Assembly (NCBI GenBank): GCA_964016885.1 | Contig: OZ024743.1 | Coordinates: 130,262,001 to 130,326,000, forward strand | DNA length: 64,000 bases | Source: Eledone cirrhosa | Lineage: Eukaryota | Direction: 5' to 3' | Shown: piece after piece, positions 15,580 through 30,500 of the stretch | Position numbering within the stretch: position 1 is the first letter of the stretch | Layout of the letters: the number at the start of each line of letters is the position of its first letter | Made by a program: the position numbers and the translations under genes | Notes under the pieces: model-generated | Databases searched by the model: none | What the model was told of the DNA's origin: nothing | Seen by the model: the letters and a program-made list of their open reading frames with translations, nothing else

Positions 15580-18500
15580 CAAACACCAAACACCAAACAC
15601 CAAGGACCAAGCACCAAATCCCAAGCACCAAACACCAAGCACCAAGCACCAAACACCAAACACCAAGCACGAAGCACCAAGCATCAAATACCAAACACCA
15701 AACACCAAGCACCACACATCAAACACCAAGCACGAAGCACCAATCGCCAAGCACCAAGCACCAAGCAATAAACACAAAGCACCAAGCACCAAGCACCAAG
15801 CACCAAGCACCAAGCACCAAACACCAAGCACCAAGCACCCAACACCAAACACCAATCACCAAGCACCAAAGAGCAAACACGAAGCCCCAAGCACCAAACA
15901 CCCAACACCAAACACCAAACATCAAACACCAATCACGAATCACAAAACACCAAACACCAAACATCAAACACCAATCACGAATCACCAAGCACCAAACACC
16001 AAACACCAAGCACCAAGCACCAAGCACCAAACACCAAACACCAAGCACCAAGCACTAAACACCAAACACCAAACACCAAGCACCAAGCACCAAGCACCAA
16101 GCACCAAGCACCAAACACCAAGCACCAAGCACCAAACACCAAATACCAAGCACCAAACACCAAGCACCAAACAGCAAGCACCAAGCACCAAGCACCAGAC
16201 ACCAAGCACCAAGCACCAAACACCAAACACCAAGCACCAAGCACTAAACACCAAACACCAAGCACCAAGCACCAAGCACCAAGCACCAAGCACCAAGCAC
16301 CAAGCACCAAGCACCAAGCACCAAGCACCAAGCACCAAACACCAAGCACCAAGCACCAAACAGCAAACACCAAGCACCAAACACCAAACACCAAGCACCA
16401 AGCACCAAACACCAAACACCAAACACCAAGCACCAAGCCCCAAGCACCAAACACCAAGCACCAAGCACCAAACACCAAGCACGAAGCACCAAGCACCATG
16501 CACCAAACACCAAGCACCAAGCACCAAACAGCAAACACCAAACAGCAAACACCAAACACCAAACACCAACCAGCAAACACCAAACACCAAACACCAAACA
16601 GCAAACACCAAACAGCAAACACCAAACAGCAAACACCAAACACCAAACACCAAACAGCAAATGCCAAAAAGCAAACGCCAAACCCCAAACGCCAAACAGC
16701 AAATGCCAAACCCCAAACGCCAAACAGCAAACGCCAAGCGCCAAACGCCAAACACCAAGTGCCAAGCACCAAACACCAAACACCAAGCACCAAGTACCAA
16801 GCACCAAACACCAAACACCAAGCACCAAGTACCAAACACCAAACACCAAGCACCAAACACCAAACAGCAAACGCCAAAAAGCAAACGCCAAACCCCATAC
16901 GCCAAACAGCAAATGCCAAACCCCAAACGCCAAACAGCAAACGCCAAGCACCAAACACCAAACACCAAGCGCCAAGCACCAAACACCAAACACCAAGCAC
17001 CAAGCACCAAACACCAAACACCAAGCACCAATCACCAAACACCAAGCACCAAGCGCCAATCACCAAACACCAAACACCTAGCACCAAGCACCAAGCACCA
17101 AACACCAAGTACCAAACACCAATCACCAAGCCCCAAGCACCAAACACCAAGCGCCAAGCACCAAACACCAAACACCAAGCACCAAGCACCCAGAACCAAG
17201 CACCAAGCACCAAACACCAAGCACCAAGCACCGAGCACCAAACACCAAGAACCAAGCACCAAGCTCTAAACACCAAACACCAAACACCAAACACCGAACA
17301 GCAAATGCCAAAAAGCAAACGCCAAACCCCAAACCCCAAACGTCAAACAGCAAACGCCAAGCGCCAAACGCCAAACACCAAGCGCCAAGCACCAAACACC
17401 AAACACCAAGCACCAAGCACCAAACACCAAACACCAAGCACCAAGTACCAAACACCAAACACCAAGCACCAAACACCAAACAGCAAACGCCAAAAAGAAA
17501 ACGCCAAACCCCATACGCCAAACAGCAAATGCCAAACCCCAAACGCCAAACAGCAAACGCCAAGCACCGAACACCAAACACCAAGCGCCAAGCACCAAAC
17601 ACCAAACACCAAGCACCAAGCACCAAACACCAAACACCAAGCACCAATCACCAAACACCAAGCACCAAGCGCCAAGCACCAAACACCAAACACCTAGCAC
17701 CAAGCACCAAGCACCAAACACCAAGTACCAAACACCAATAACCAAGTCCCAAGCACCAAACACCAAGCACCAAGCACCAAACACCAAACACCAAGCACCA
17801 AGCACCCAGAACCAAGCACCAAGCACCAAACACCAAGCACCAAGCACCGAGCACCAAACACCAAGAACCAAGCACCAAGCACTAAACACCAAACACCAAA
17901 CACCAAGCGCCAAGCACCAAACACCAAACACCAAGCACCAAGCACCAAACACCAAACACCAAGCACAAATCACCAAACACCAAACACCAAGCGCCAAACA
18001 CCAAACACCAAACACCTAGCACCAAGCACCAAGCACCAAACACCAAGCACCAAACACCAAGCACTAAGCACCAAGCACCAAGCACCAAACACCAATCACC
18101 AAGCCCCAAGCATCAAACACCAAGCACCCAGCACCAAACACCAAACACCAAGCACCAAGCACCCAGAACAAAGCACCAAGCACCAAACACCAAACACCAA
18201 GCACCAAACCCCAAGCACCAAACACCAAGCACCAATCACCAAACACCGAACACCAAGAACCAAGCACCAAGCACCAAACACCAAGCACCAAGCACCAAGC
18301 ACCAAGCACCAAGCACCAAACACCAAGCACCAAGTACCACACACCAAACACGAAGCACCAAGCACCAAACACCAAACACCAAACACCAGGCACCAAGCAC
18401 CAATCACCAAGCACCAAGCAAAAACACAAAGCACCAAGCACCAAGCACCAAACACCAAACACCAAACACCAAGCCCAAATCACCAAAGAGCAAAAACAAA

Positions 18501-21500
18501 ACACCAAGCACCAAAGACCAAACACCAAGCACCAAACACCAAACACCAAACACCAAACACCAAACAGCAAACACCAAACACCAAATAGCAAAAACCAAAG
18601 AGCAAACTCCAAGCACCAAACAGCAAACACAAAACACCAAACAGCAAACAGCAAACAGCAAACTCCAAACACCAAACACCAAGCACCAAGCACCAAATCC
18701 CAAGCACCAAACACCAAGCACCAATCACCAAACACCAAGCACCAAGCACCAAACACCAAACACCAAGCACCAAGTACCAAACACCAAACACCAAGCACCA
18801 AACACTAAACAGCAAACGCAAAAAAGCAAATGCCAAACCCCAAACGCCTAACAGCAAACGCCCAGCACCAAACACCAAACACCAAGCGCCAAGCACCAAA
18901 CACCAAACACCAAGCACCAAGCACCAAACACCAAACACCAAGCACAAATCACCAAACACCAAACACCAAGCGCCAAACACCAAACACCAAACACCTAGCA
19001 CCAAGCACCAAGCACCAAACACCAAGCACCAAACACCAAGCACCAAGCACCAAGCACCAAGCACCAAGCACCAAACACCAATCACCAAGCCCCAAGCATC
19101 AAACACCAAGCACCCAGCACCAAACACCAGACACCAAGCACTAAGCACCCAGAACAAAGCACCAAGCACCAAACACCAAACACCAAGCTCCAAGCACCAA
19201 ACACCAAACACCAAGCACCAAGCACCAAGCACCAAACACCAAACACCAAGCACCAAGCACCAAACACCAAACACCAAGCACCAATCACCAAACACCAAGC
19301 CCCAAGCGCCAAACACCAAACACCAAACACCTAGCACCAAGCACCAAGCACCGAACACCAAGCACCAAACACCAAGCACCAAGCACCAAGCACCAAGCAC
19401 CAAGCACCAAACACCAATCACCAAGCCCCAAGCACCAAACACCAAGCACCAAGCACCAAACACCAAACACCAAGCACCAAGCACCCAGAACCAAACAGCA
19501 AACACCAAACAGCAAACACCAAACACCAAACAGCAAACACCAAACAGCAAACACCAAACAGCAAACAGCAAACAAACACCAAGCACCAAACACCAAGCAC
19601 CAAGCACCAAACAACAACACCAAGCACCAAGCACCAAACACCAAGCGCCAAGCACCAAACACCAAACACCAAGCTCCAAGCACCAAACACCATACACCAA
19701 GCACCAAGCACCAAACACCAATCACCAAGCACCAAGCACCAAACCCCAAGCACCAAACACCAAGCACCAATCACCAAACACCAAACACCCAGCACCAAGC
19801 ACCAAACACCAAGCACCAAGCACCAAGCACCAAACACCAAGCACCAAGTACCAAACACCAAACACCAAGCACCAAGTACCAAACACCAAACACCAAGCAC
19901 CAAGCACCAAACACCAAACACCAAGCACCAAGCACCAAACACCAAACACCAGGCTCCAAGCACAAAACACCAAGCACCAAGCACCAAGCAACAAACACCA
20001 AACACCAAGCACCAAACACCAAGCACCAAGCCCCAAGCACCAAACACCAAGCACCAAGCACCAAACACCAAGCACCAAGCACCAAGCACCATGCACCAAA
20101 CACCAAGCACCAAGCACCAAACAGCAAACACCAAACAGCAAACACCAAACAGCAAACACCAAACAGCAAACACCAAACACCAAGCACCAAGCACCAAACA
20201 CCATACGCCAAACACCAAACACCAAGCACCAAGCCCCAAACACCAAGCACCAAGCACCAAAGACCAAACACCAAGCACCAAGCACGAAACACCAAGCACC
20301 AAGCACCGAGCACCAAACACCAAACACCAAACACCAAGCACCAAGCACCAAACACCAAACACCAAGAACCAAGCACCAAACACCAAATACCAAGCACCAA
20401 GCACTAAACACCAAACACCAAGCACCAACCACCAAGCACCAAACACCAAGCACCAAGCACCAAACACAAAACACCAAGTACCAAGCACCAAGCACCAAAC
20501 ACCAAACACCAAACACCAAGCACCAAGCACCAAACACCAAACACCAAGCACCAAGCACCAGAGACCAAGCACCAAGCACCAAGGACCAAACACCAAACAC
20601 CAAACACCAGGCACAAAGCACCAAACACCAAGCACCAAGCACCAAACACCAAAGACCAAGCACAAAGCACCAAAGAGCAAAAACAAAGCACCAAGCACCA
20701 AACACCAAACACCAAACACCAAACAGCAAACACCAAACACCAAATAGCAAACACCAAATGGCAAACTCCAAACACCAACACCAAGCACCAAGCACCAAAC
20801 ACCAAGCACCAAGCACCAAACACCAAACACCAAGCTCCAAGCACCAAAAAAAAAAAAACACCAAGCACCAAACCCCAAGCACCAAACACCAAGCACAAAA
20901 CACCAAGCACCAAGCACCAAACACCAAACATCAAACAGCAATCACCAAACATCAAACAGCAAACACCAAACACCAAACACCAAACATCAAACACCAAACA
21001 GCAAACAACAAACAACAAACGCCAAACATCAAACGCCAAACACCAAACGCCAAATAGCAAACACCAAACCGCAAACACCAAACACCAAACAGCAAACACC
21101 AAACACCAAACAGCGAACTCCAAACAGCAAACACCAAACAGCAAACAGCAAACAGCAAACACCAAACACCAAACACCAAGCACCAAACTCCAAACACCAA
21201 GCACCAAGCACCAAGCACAAAACACCAAGCACCAAGCGCTAAACATAAAACACTAAGCACCAAGCACCAAGCACCAAGCACCAAACACCAAACATCAAAC
21301 ACCAATCACCAAACATCAAACAGCAAACACCAAACACCAAACACCAAACATCAAACACCAAATAGCAAACAACAAACAACAAACGCCAAACATCAAATGC
21401 CAAACACAAACACCAAATAGCAAACACCAAACCGCAAACACCAAACACCAAACAGCAAACACCAAACACCAAACAGCGAACACCAAACAGCAAACACCAA

Positions 21501-24500
21501 ACAGCAAACACCAAACACCAAGCACCAAACACCAAACACCAAGCACGAAGCACCAAGCACAAAACACCAAGCACCAAGCACCAAACACCAAGCACCAAAC
21601 ACCAAACACCAAGCACCAAGCGCCAAACACCAAGCACCAAGCACCAAGCACGAAACACCAAGCACCAATCACCAAACACCAAACACCAAGCACCAAACAC
21701 CAAACAGCAAACACCAACCACCAAACACCAAACACCAAACAGCAAACACCAATCACCAAACACCAAACACCAAACACCAAACAGTAAACACCAAACACCA
21801 AACAGCAAACACCAAACACCAAACACCAAACAGCAAACACCAAACACCAAACACCAAACAGCAAACACCAAACAAACAGCAAACAGCAAACACCAAGCAG
21901 TAAACACCAAACAGCAAACACCAAACACCAAACACCAAATAGCAAACACCAAACAGCAAACACCAAACAGCAAACACCAAACAGCAAACACCAGACAGCA
22001 AACAGCAAACACCAAACACCAAACACCAAGCACCAAGCACCAAACACCAAGCACCAAGCAACAAGCACCAATCACCAAGCACCAAGCACTAAACACCAAA
22101 CACCAAGCACCAAGCACCAAGCACCAAACAGCAAGCACCAAGCACCATGCACCAAACGCCAAGCACCAAGCACCAAACACCAAGCACCAAGCACCAAGCA
22201 CCAAACACCAAGCACCAAAGACCAAGCACCAAATACCAAGCACCAAGCACCAAACACCAATCACCAACCACCAAGCACCAAACATCAAGAACCAAGCACC
22301 AATCACTAAACACCAAACACCAAGCACCAAGCACCAAACACCAAACACCAAGCACCAAGTACCAAACACCAAACACCAAACACCAAGCACCAAGCACCAA
22401 ATCCCAAGCACCAAACACCAAGCACCAAGCACCAAACACCAAACACCAAGCACGAAGCACCAAGCATCAAATACCAAACACCAAACACCAAGCACCACAC
22501 ATCAAACACCAAGCACGAAGCACCAATCGCCAAGCACCAAGCACCAAGCAATAAACACAAAGCACCAAGCACCAAGCACCAAGCACCAAGCACCAAGCAA
22601 CAAACACCAAGCACCAAGCACCCAACACCAAACACCAATCACCAAGCACCAAAGAGCAAACACGAAGCCCCAAGCACCAAACACCCAACACCAAACACCA
22701 AACATCAAACACCAATCACGAATCACAAAACACCAAACACCAAACATCAAACACCAATCACGAATCACCAAGCACCAAACACCAAACACCAAGCACCAAG
22801 CACCAAGCACCAAACACCAAACACCAAGCACCAAGCACTAAACACCAAACACCAAGCACCAAACACCAAGCACCAAGCACCAAGCACCAAGCACCAAGCA
22901 CCAAACACCAAGCACCAAGCACCAAACAGCAAACACCAAGCACCAAACACCAAACACCAAGCACCAAGCACCAAACACCAAACACCAAACACCAAGCACC
23001 AAGCCCCAAGCACCAAACACCAAGCACCAAGCACCAAACACCAAGCACGGAGCACCAAGCACCATGCACCAAACACCAAGCACCAAGCACCAAACAGCAA
23101 ACACCAAACAGCAAACACCAAACACCAAACACCAACAAGCAAACACCAAACACCAAACACCAAACAGCAAACACCAAACAGCAAACACCAAACAGCAAAC
23201 ACCAAACACCAAACACCAAACAGCAAATGCCAAAAAGCAAACGCCAAACCCCAAACGCCAAACAGCAAATGCCAAACCCCAAACGCCAAACAGCAAACGC
23301 CAAGCACCAAACACCAAACACCAAGCGCCAAGCACCAAACACCAAACACCAAGCACCAAGCACCAAACACCAAACACCAAGCACCAATCACCAAACACCA
23401 AGCACCAAGCGCCAAGCACCAAACACCAAACACCTAGCACCAAGCACCAAGCACCAAACACCAAGTGCCAAACACCAATCACCAAGCCCCAAGCACCAAA
23501 CACCAAGCGCCAAGCACCAAACACCAAACACCAAGCACCAAGCACCCAGAACCAAGCACCAAGCACCAAACACCAAGCACCAAGCACCGAGCACCAAACA
23601 CCAAGAACCAAGCACCAAGCTCTAAACACCAAACACCAAGCACCAAGCACCAAACACCAAACACCAAACACCAAACACCAAACACCAAACAGCAAATGCC
23701 AAAAAGCAAACGCCAAACCCCAAACCCCAAACGCCAAACACCAAGCGCCAAGCACCAAACACCAAACACCAAGCACCAAGCACCAAACACCAAACACCAA
23801 GCACCAAGTACCAAACACCAAACACCAAGCACCAAACACCAAACAGCAAACGCCAAAAAGCAAACGCCAAACCCCATACGCCAAACAGCAAATGCCAAAC
23901 CCCAAACGCCAAACAGCAAACGCCAAGCACCGAACACCAAACACCAAGCGCCAAGCACCAAACACCAAACACCAAGCACCAAGCACCAAACACCAAACAC
24001 CAAGCACCAATCACCAAACACCAAGCACCAAGCGCCAAGCACCAAACACCAAACACCTAGCACCAAGCACCAAGCACCAAACACCAAGTACCAAACACCA
24101 ATCACCAAGCCCCAAGCACCAAACACCAAGCACCAAGCACCAAACACCAAACACCAAGCACCAAGCACCCAGAACCAAGCACCAAGCACCAAACACCAAG
24201 CACCAAGCACCGAGCACCAAACACCAAGAACCAAGCACCAAGCACTAAACACCAAACACCAAACACCAAGCACCAAACACCAAACACCAAGCACAAATCA
24301 CCAAACACCAAACACCAAGCGCCAAACACCAAACACCAAACACCTAGCACCAAGCACCAAGCACCAAACACCAAGCACCAAACACCAAGCACCAAGCACC
24401 AAGCACCAAGCACCAAACACCAATCACCAAGCCCCAAGCATCAAACACCAAGCACCCAGCACCAAACACCAAACACCAAGCACCAAGCACCCAGAACAAA

Positions 24501-27500
24501 GCACCAAGAACCAAACACCAAACACCAAGCTCCAAGCACCAAACACCAAACACCAAGCACCAAGCACCAATCACCAAACACCAAACACCAAGCACCAAGC
24601 ACCAAACACCAAACACCAAGCACCAATCACCAAACACCAAGCCCCAAGCGCCAAACACCAAACACCAAACACCTAGCACCAAGCACCAAGCACCGAACAC
24701 CAAGCACCAAACACCAAGCACCAAGCACCAAGCACCAAGCACCAAGCACCAAACACCAATCACCAAGCCCCAAGCACCAAACACCAAGCACCAAGCACCA
24801 AACACCAAACACCAAGCACCAAGCACCCAGAACCAAACAGCAAACACCAAACACCAAACACCAAACACCAAACAGCAAACACCAAACAGCAAACACCAAA
24901 CAGCAAACAGCAAACAAGCACCAAGCACCAAACACCAAGCACCAAGCACCAAACAACAACACCAAGCACCAAGCACCAAACACCAAGCGCCAAGCACCAA
25001 ACGCCAAACACCAAGCTCCAAGCACCAAACACCATACACCAAGCACCAAGCACCAAACACCAATCACCAAGCACCAAGCACCAAACCCCAAGCACCAAAC
25101 ACCAAGCACCAATCACCAAACACCAAACACCCAGCACCAAGCACCAAACACCAAGCACCAAGCACCAAGCACCAAACACCAAGCACCAAGTACCAAACAC
25201 CAAACACCAAGCACCAAGTACCAAACACCAAACACCAAGCACCAAGCACCAAACACCAAACACCAAGCACCAAGCACCAAACACCAAACACCAGGCTCCA
25301 AGCACAAAACACCAAGCACCAAGCACCAAGCAACAAACACCAAACACCAAGCACCAAACACCAAGCACCAAGCCCCAAGCACCAAACACCAAGCACCAAG
25401 CACCAAACACCAAGCACCAAGCACCAAGCACCATGCACGAAAAACCAAGCACCAAGCACCAAACAGCAAACACCAAACAGCAAACACCAAACAGCAAACA
25501 CCAAACAGCAAACACCAAACACCAAGCACCAAGCACCAAACACCATACGCCAAACACCAAACACCAAGCACCAAGCACCAAACACCAAGCACCAAGCACC
25601 AAAGACCAAACACCAAGCACCAAGCACGAAACACCAAGCACCAAGCACCGAGCACCAAACACCAAACACCAAACACCAAGCACCAAGCACCAAACACCAA
25701 ACACCAAGAACCAAGCACCAAACACCAAATACCAAGCACCAAGCACTAAACACCAAACACCAAGCACCAAACACCAAGCACCAAACACCAAGCACCAAGC
25801 ACCAAACACAAAACACCAAGTACCAAGCACCAAGCACCAAACACCAAACACCAAACACCAAGCACCAAGCACCAAACACCAAACACCAAGCACCAAGCAC
25901 CAGAGACCAAGCACCAAGCACCAAGGACCAAACACCAAACACCAAACACCAGGCACAAAGCACCAAACACCAAGGACCAAGCACCAAACACCAAAGACCA
26001 AGCACAAAGCACCAAAGAGCAAAAACAAAGCACCAAGCACCAAACACCAAACACCAAACACCAAGCACCAAGCACCAAATCCCAAGCACCAAACACCAAG
26101 CACCAAGCACCAAACACCAAACACCAAGCACGAAGCACCAAGCATCAAATACCAAACACCAAACACCAAGCAGCACACATCAAACACCAAGCACGAAGCA
26201 CCAATCGCCAAGCACCAAGCACCAAGCAATAAACACAAAGCACCAAGCACCAAGCACCAAGCACCAAGCACCAAGCACCAAACACCAAGCACCAAGCACC
26301 CAACACCAAACACCAATCACCAAGCACCAAAGAGCAAACACGAAGCCCCAAGCACCAAACACCCAACACCAAACACCAAACATCAAACACCAATCACGAA
26401 TCACAAAACACCAAACACCAAACATCAAACACCAATCACGAATCACCAAGCACCAAACACCAAACACCAAGCACCAAGCACCAAGCACCAAACACCAAAC
26501 ACCAAGCACCAAGCACTAAACACCAAACACCAAACACCAAGCACCAAGCACCAAGCACCAAGCACCAAGCACCAAACACCAAGCACCAAGCACCAAACAC
26601 CAAACACCAAGCACCAAACACCAAGCACCAAACAGCAAGCACCAAGCACCAAGCACCAGACACCAAGCACCAAGCACCAAACACCAAACACCAAGCACCA
26701 AGCACTAAACACCAAACACCAAGCACCAAGCACCAAGCACCAAGCACCAAGCACCAAGCACCAAGCACCAAGCACCAAGCACCAAGCACCAAGCACCAAG
26801 CACCAAGCACCAAACACCAAGCACCAAGCACCAAACAGCAAACACCAAGCACCAAACACCAAACACCAAGCACCAAGCACCAAACACCAAACACCAAACA
26901 CCAAGCACCAAGCCCCAAGCACCAAACACCAAGCACCAAGCACCAAACACCAAGCACGAAGCACCAAGCACCATGCACCAAACACCAAGCACCAAGCACC
27001 AAACAGCAAACACCAAACAGCAAACACCAAACACCAAACACCAACCAGCAAACACCAAACACCAAACACCAAACAGCAAACACCAAACAGCAAACACCAA
27101 ACAGCAAACACCAAACACCAAACACCAAACAGCAAATGCCAAAAAGCAAACGCCAAACCCCAAACGCCAAACAGCAAATGCCAAACCCCAAACGCCAAAC
27201 AGCAAACGCCAAGCGCCAAACGCCAAACACCAAGCACCAAGTACCAAACACCAAACACCAAGCACCAAACACCAAACAGCAAACGCCAAAAAGAAAACGC
27301 CAAACCCCATACGCCAAACGTCAAACAGCAAACGCCAAGCGCCAAACGCCAAACACCAAGCGCCAAGCACCAAACACCAAACACCAAGCACCAAGCACCA
27401 AACACCAAACACCAAGCACCAAGTACCAAACACCAAACACCAAGCACCAAACACCAAACAGCAAACGCCAAAAAGAAAACGCCAAACCCCATACGCCAAA

Positions 27501-30500
27501 CAGCAAATGCCAAACCCCAAACGCCAAACAGCAAACGCCAAGCACCGAACACCAAACACCAAGCGCCAAGCACCAAACACCAAACACCAAGCACCAAGCA
27601 CCAAACACCAAACACCAAGCACCAATCACCAAACACCAAGCACCAAGCGCCAAGCACCAAACACCAAACACCTAGTACCAAGCACCAAGCACCAAACACC
27701 AAGTACCAAACACCAATCACCAAGTCCCAAGCACCAAACACCAAGCACCAAGCACCAAACACCAAACACCAAGCACCAAGCACCCAGAACCAAGCACCAA
27801 GCACCAAACACCAAGCACCAAGCACCGAGCACCAAACACCAAGAACCAAGCACCAAGCACCAAACACCAAACACCAAGCACAAATCACCATACACCAAAC
27901 ACCAAGCGCCAAACACCAAACACCAAACACCTAGCACCAAGCACCAAACACCAAGCACCAAACACCAAGCACCAAGCACCAAGCACCAAGCACCAAACAC
28001 CAATCACCAAGCCCCAAGCATCAAACACCAAGCACCCAGCACCAAACACCAAACACCAAGCACCAAGCACCCAGAACAAAGCACCAAGCACCAAACACCA
28101 AACACCAAGCACCAAACCCCAAGCACCAAACACCAAGCACCAATCACCAAACACCGAACACCAAGAACCAAGCACCATGCACCAAACACCAAGCACCAAG
28201 CACCAAGCACCAAGCACCAAGCACCAAACACCAAGCACCAAGTACCACACACCAAACACCAAGCACCAAGCACCAAACACCAAACACCAAACACCAGGCA
28301 CCAAGCACCAATCACCAAGCACCAAGCAAAAACACAAAGCACCAAGCACCAAGCACCAAACACCAAACACCAAACACCAAGCCCAAATCACCAAAGAGCA
28401 AAAACAAAACACCAAGCACCAAACACCAAACACCAAGCACCAAACACCAAACACCAAACACCAAACACCAAATAGCAAACACCAAACACCAAATAGCAAA
28501 AACCAAAGAGCAAACTCCAAGCACCAAACAGCAAACACAAAACAGCAAACAGCAAACAGCAAACAGCAAACTCCAAACACCAAACACCAAGCACCAAGCA
28601 CCAAATCCCAAGCACCAAACACCAAGCACCAATCACCAAACACCAAGCACCAAGCACCAAACACCAAACACCAAGCACCAAACACCAAACACCAAGCACC
28701 AAGCACCAAACACTAAACAGCAAACGCAAAAAAGCAAATGCCAAACCCCAAACGCCTAACAGCAAACGCCCAGCACCAAACACCAAACACCAAGCGCCAA
28801 GCACCAAACACCAAACACCAAGCACCAAGCACCAAACACCAAACACCAAGCGCCAAACACCAAACACCAAACACCTAGCACCAAGCACCAAGCACCAAAC
28901 ACCAAGCACCAAACACCAAGCACCAAGCACCAAGCACCAAGCACCAAGCACCAAACACCAATCACCAAGCCCCAAGCATCAAACACCAAGCACCCAGCAC
29001 CAAACACCAGACACCAAGCACCAAGCACCCAGAACAAAGCACCAAGCACCAAACACCAAACACCAAGCTCCAAGCACCAAACACCAAACACCAAGCACCA
29101 AGCACCAAGCACCAAACACCAAACACCAAGCACCAAGCACCAAACACCAAACACCAAGCACCAATCACCAAACACCAAGCCCCAAGCGCCAAACACCAAA
29201 CACCAAACACCTAGCACCAAGCACCAAGCACCGAACACCAAGCACCAAACACCAAGCACCAAGCACCAAGCACCAAGCACCAAGCACCAAACACCAATCA
29301 CCAAGCCCCAAGCACCAAACACCAAGCACCAAGCACCAAACACCAAACACCAAGCACCAAGCACCCAGAACCAAACAGCAAACACCAAACAGCAAACACC
29401 AAACACCAAACAGCAAACACCAAACAGCAAACACCAAACAGCAAACAGCAAACAAACACCAAGCACCAAACACCAAGCACCAAGCACCAAACAACAACAC
29501 CAAGCACCAAGCACCAAACACCAAGCGCCAAGCACCAAACACCAAACACCAAGCTCCAAGCACCAAACACCATACACCAAGCACCAAGCACCAAACACCA
29601 ATCACCAAGCACCAAGCACCAAACCCCAAGCACCAAACACCAAGCACCAATCACCAAACACCAAACACCCAGCACCAAGCACCAAACACCAAGCACCAAG
29701 CACCAAGCACCAAACACCAAGCACCAAGTACCAAACACCAAACACCAAGCACCAAGTACCAAACACCAAACACCAAGCACCAAGCACCAAACACCAAACA
29801 CCAAGCACCAAGCACCAAACACCAAACACCAGGCTCCAAGCACAAAACACCAAGCACCAAGCACCAAGCAACAAACACCAAACACCAAGCACCAAACACC
29901 AAGCACCAAGCCCCAAGCACCAAACACCAAGCACCAAGCACCAAACACCAAGCACCAAGCACCAAGCACCACGCACCAAACACCAAGCACCAAGCACCAA
30001 ACAGCAAACAGCAAACAGCAAACACCAAACAGCAAACACCAAACAGCAAACACCAAACACCAAGCACCAAGCACCAAACACCATACGCCAAACACCAAAC
30101 ACCAAGCACCAAGCACCAAACACCAAGCACCAAGCACCAAAGACCAAACACCAAGCACCAAGCACGAAACACCAAGCACCAAGCACCGAGCACCAAACAC
30201 CAAACACCAAACACCAAGCACCAAGCACCAAACACCAAACACCAAGAACCAAGCACCAAACACCAAATACCAAGCACCAAGCACTAAACACCAAACACCA
30301 AGCACCAACCACCAAGCACCAAGCACCAAGCACCAAGCACCAAACACAAAACACCAAGTACCAAGCACCAAGCACCAAACACCAAACACCAAACACCAAG
30401 CACCAAGCACCAAACACCAAACACCAAGCACCAAGCACCAGAGACCAAGCACCAAGCACCAAGGACCAAACACCAAACACCAAACACCAGGCACAAAGCA

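Larger units (their letters stand above)
8635..18040 (+). repeat. Tandem duplication, period about 4.7 kb (4681-4730 bp)
   Basis: Paired landmarks 8856/13537, 9747/14477, 10961/15684, 11789/16498 and 13173/17882. The variant GCTAAATATAAAA was seen only in these two copies. The junction is near 13325. Confidence 0.92.
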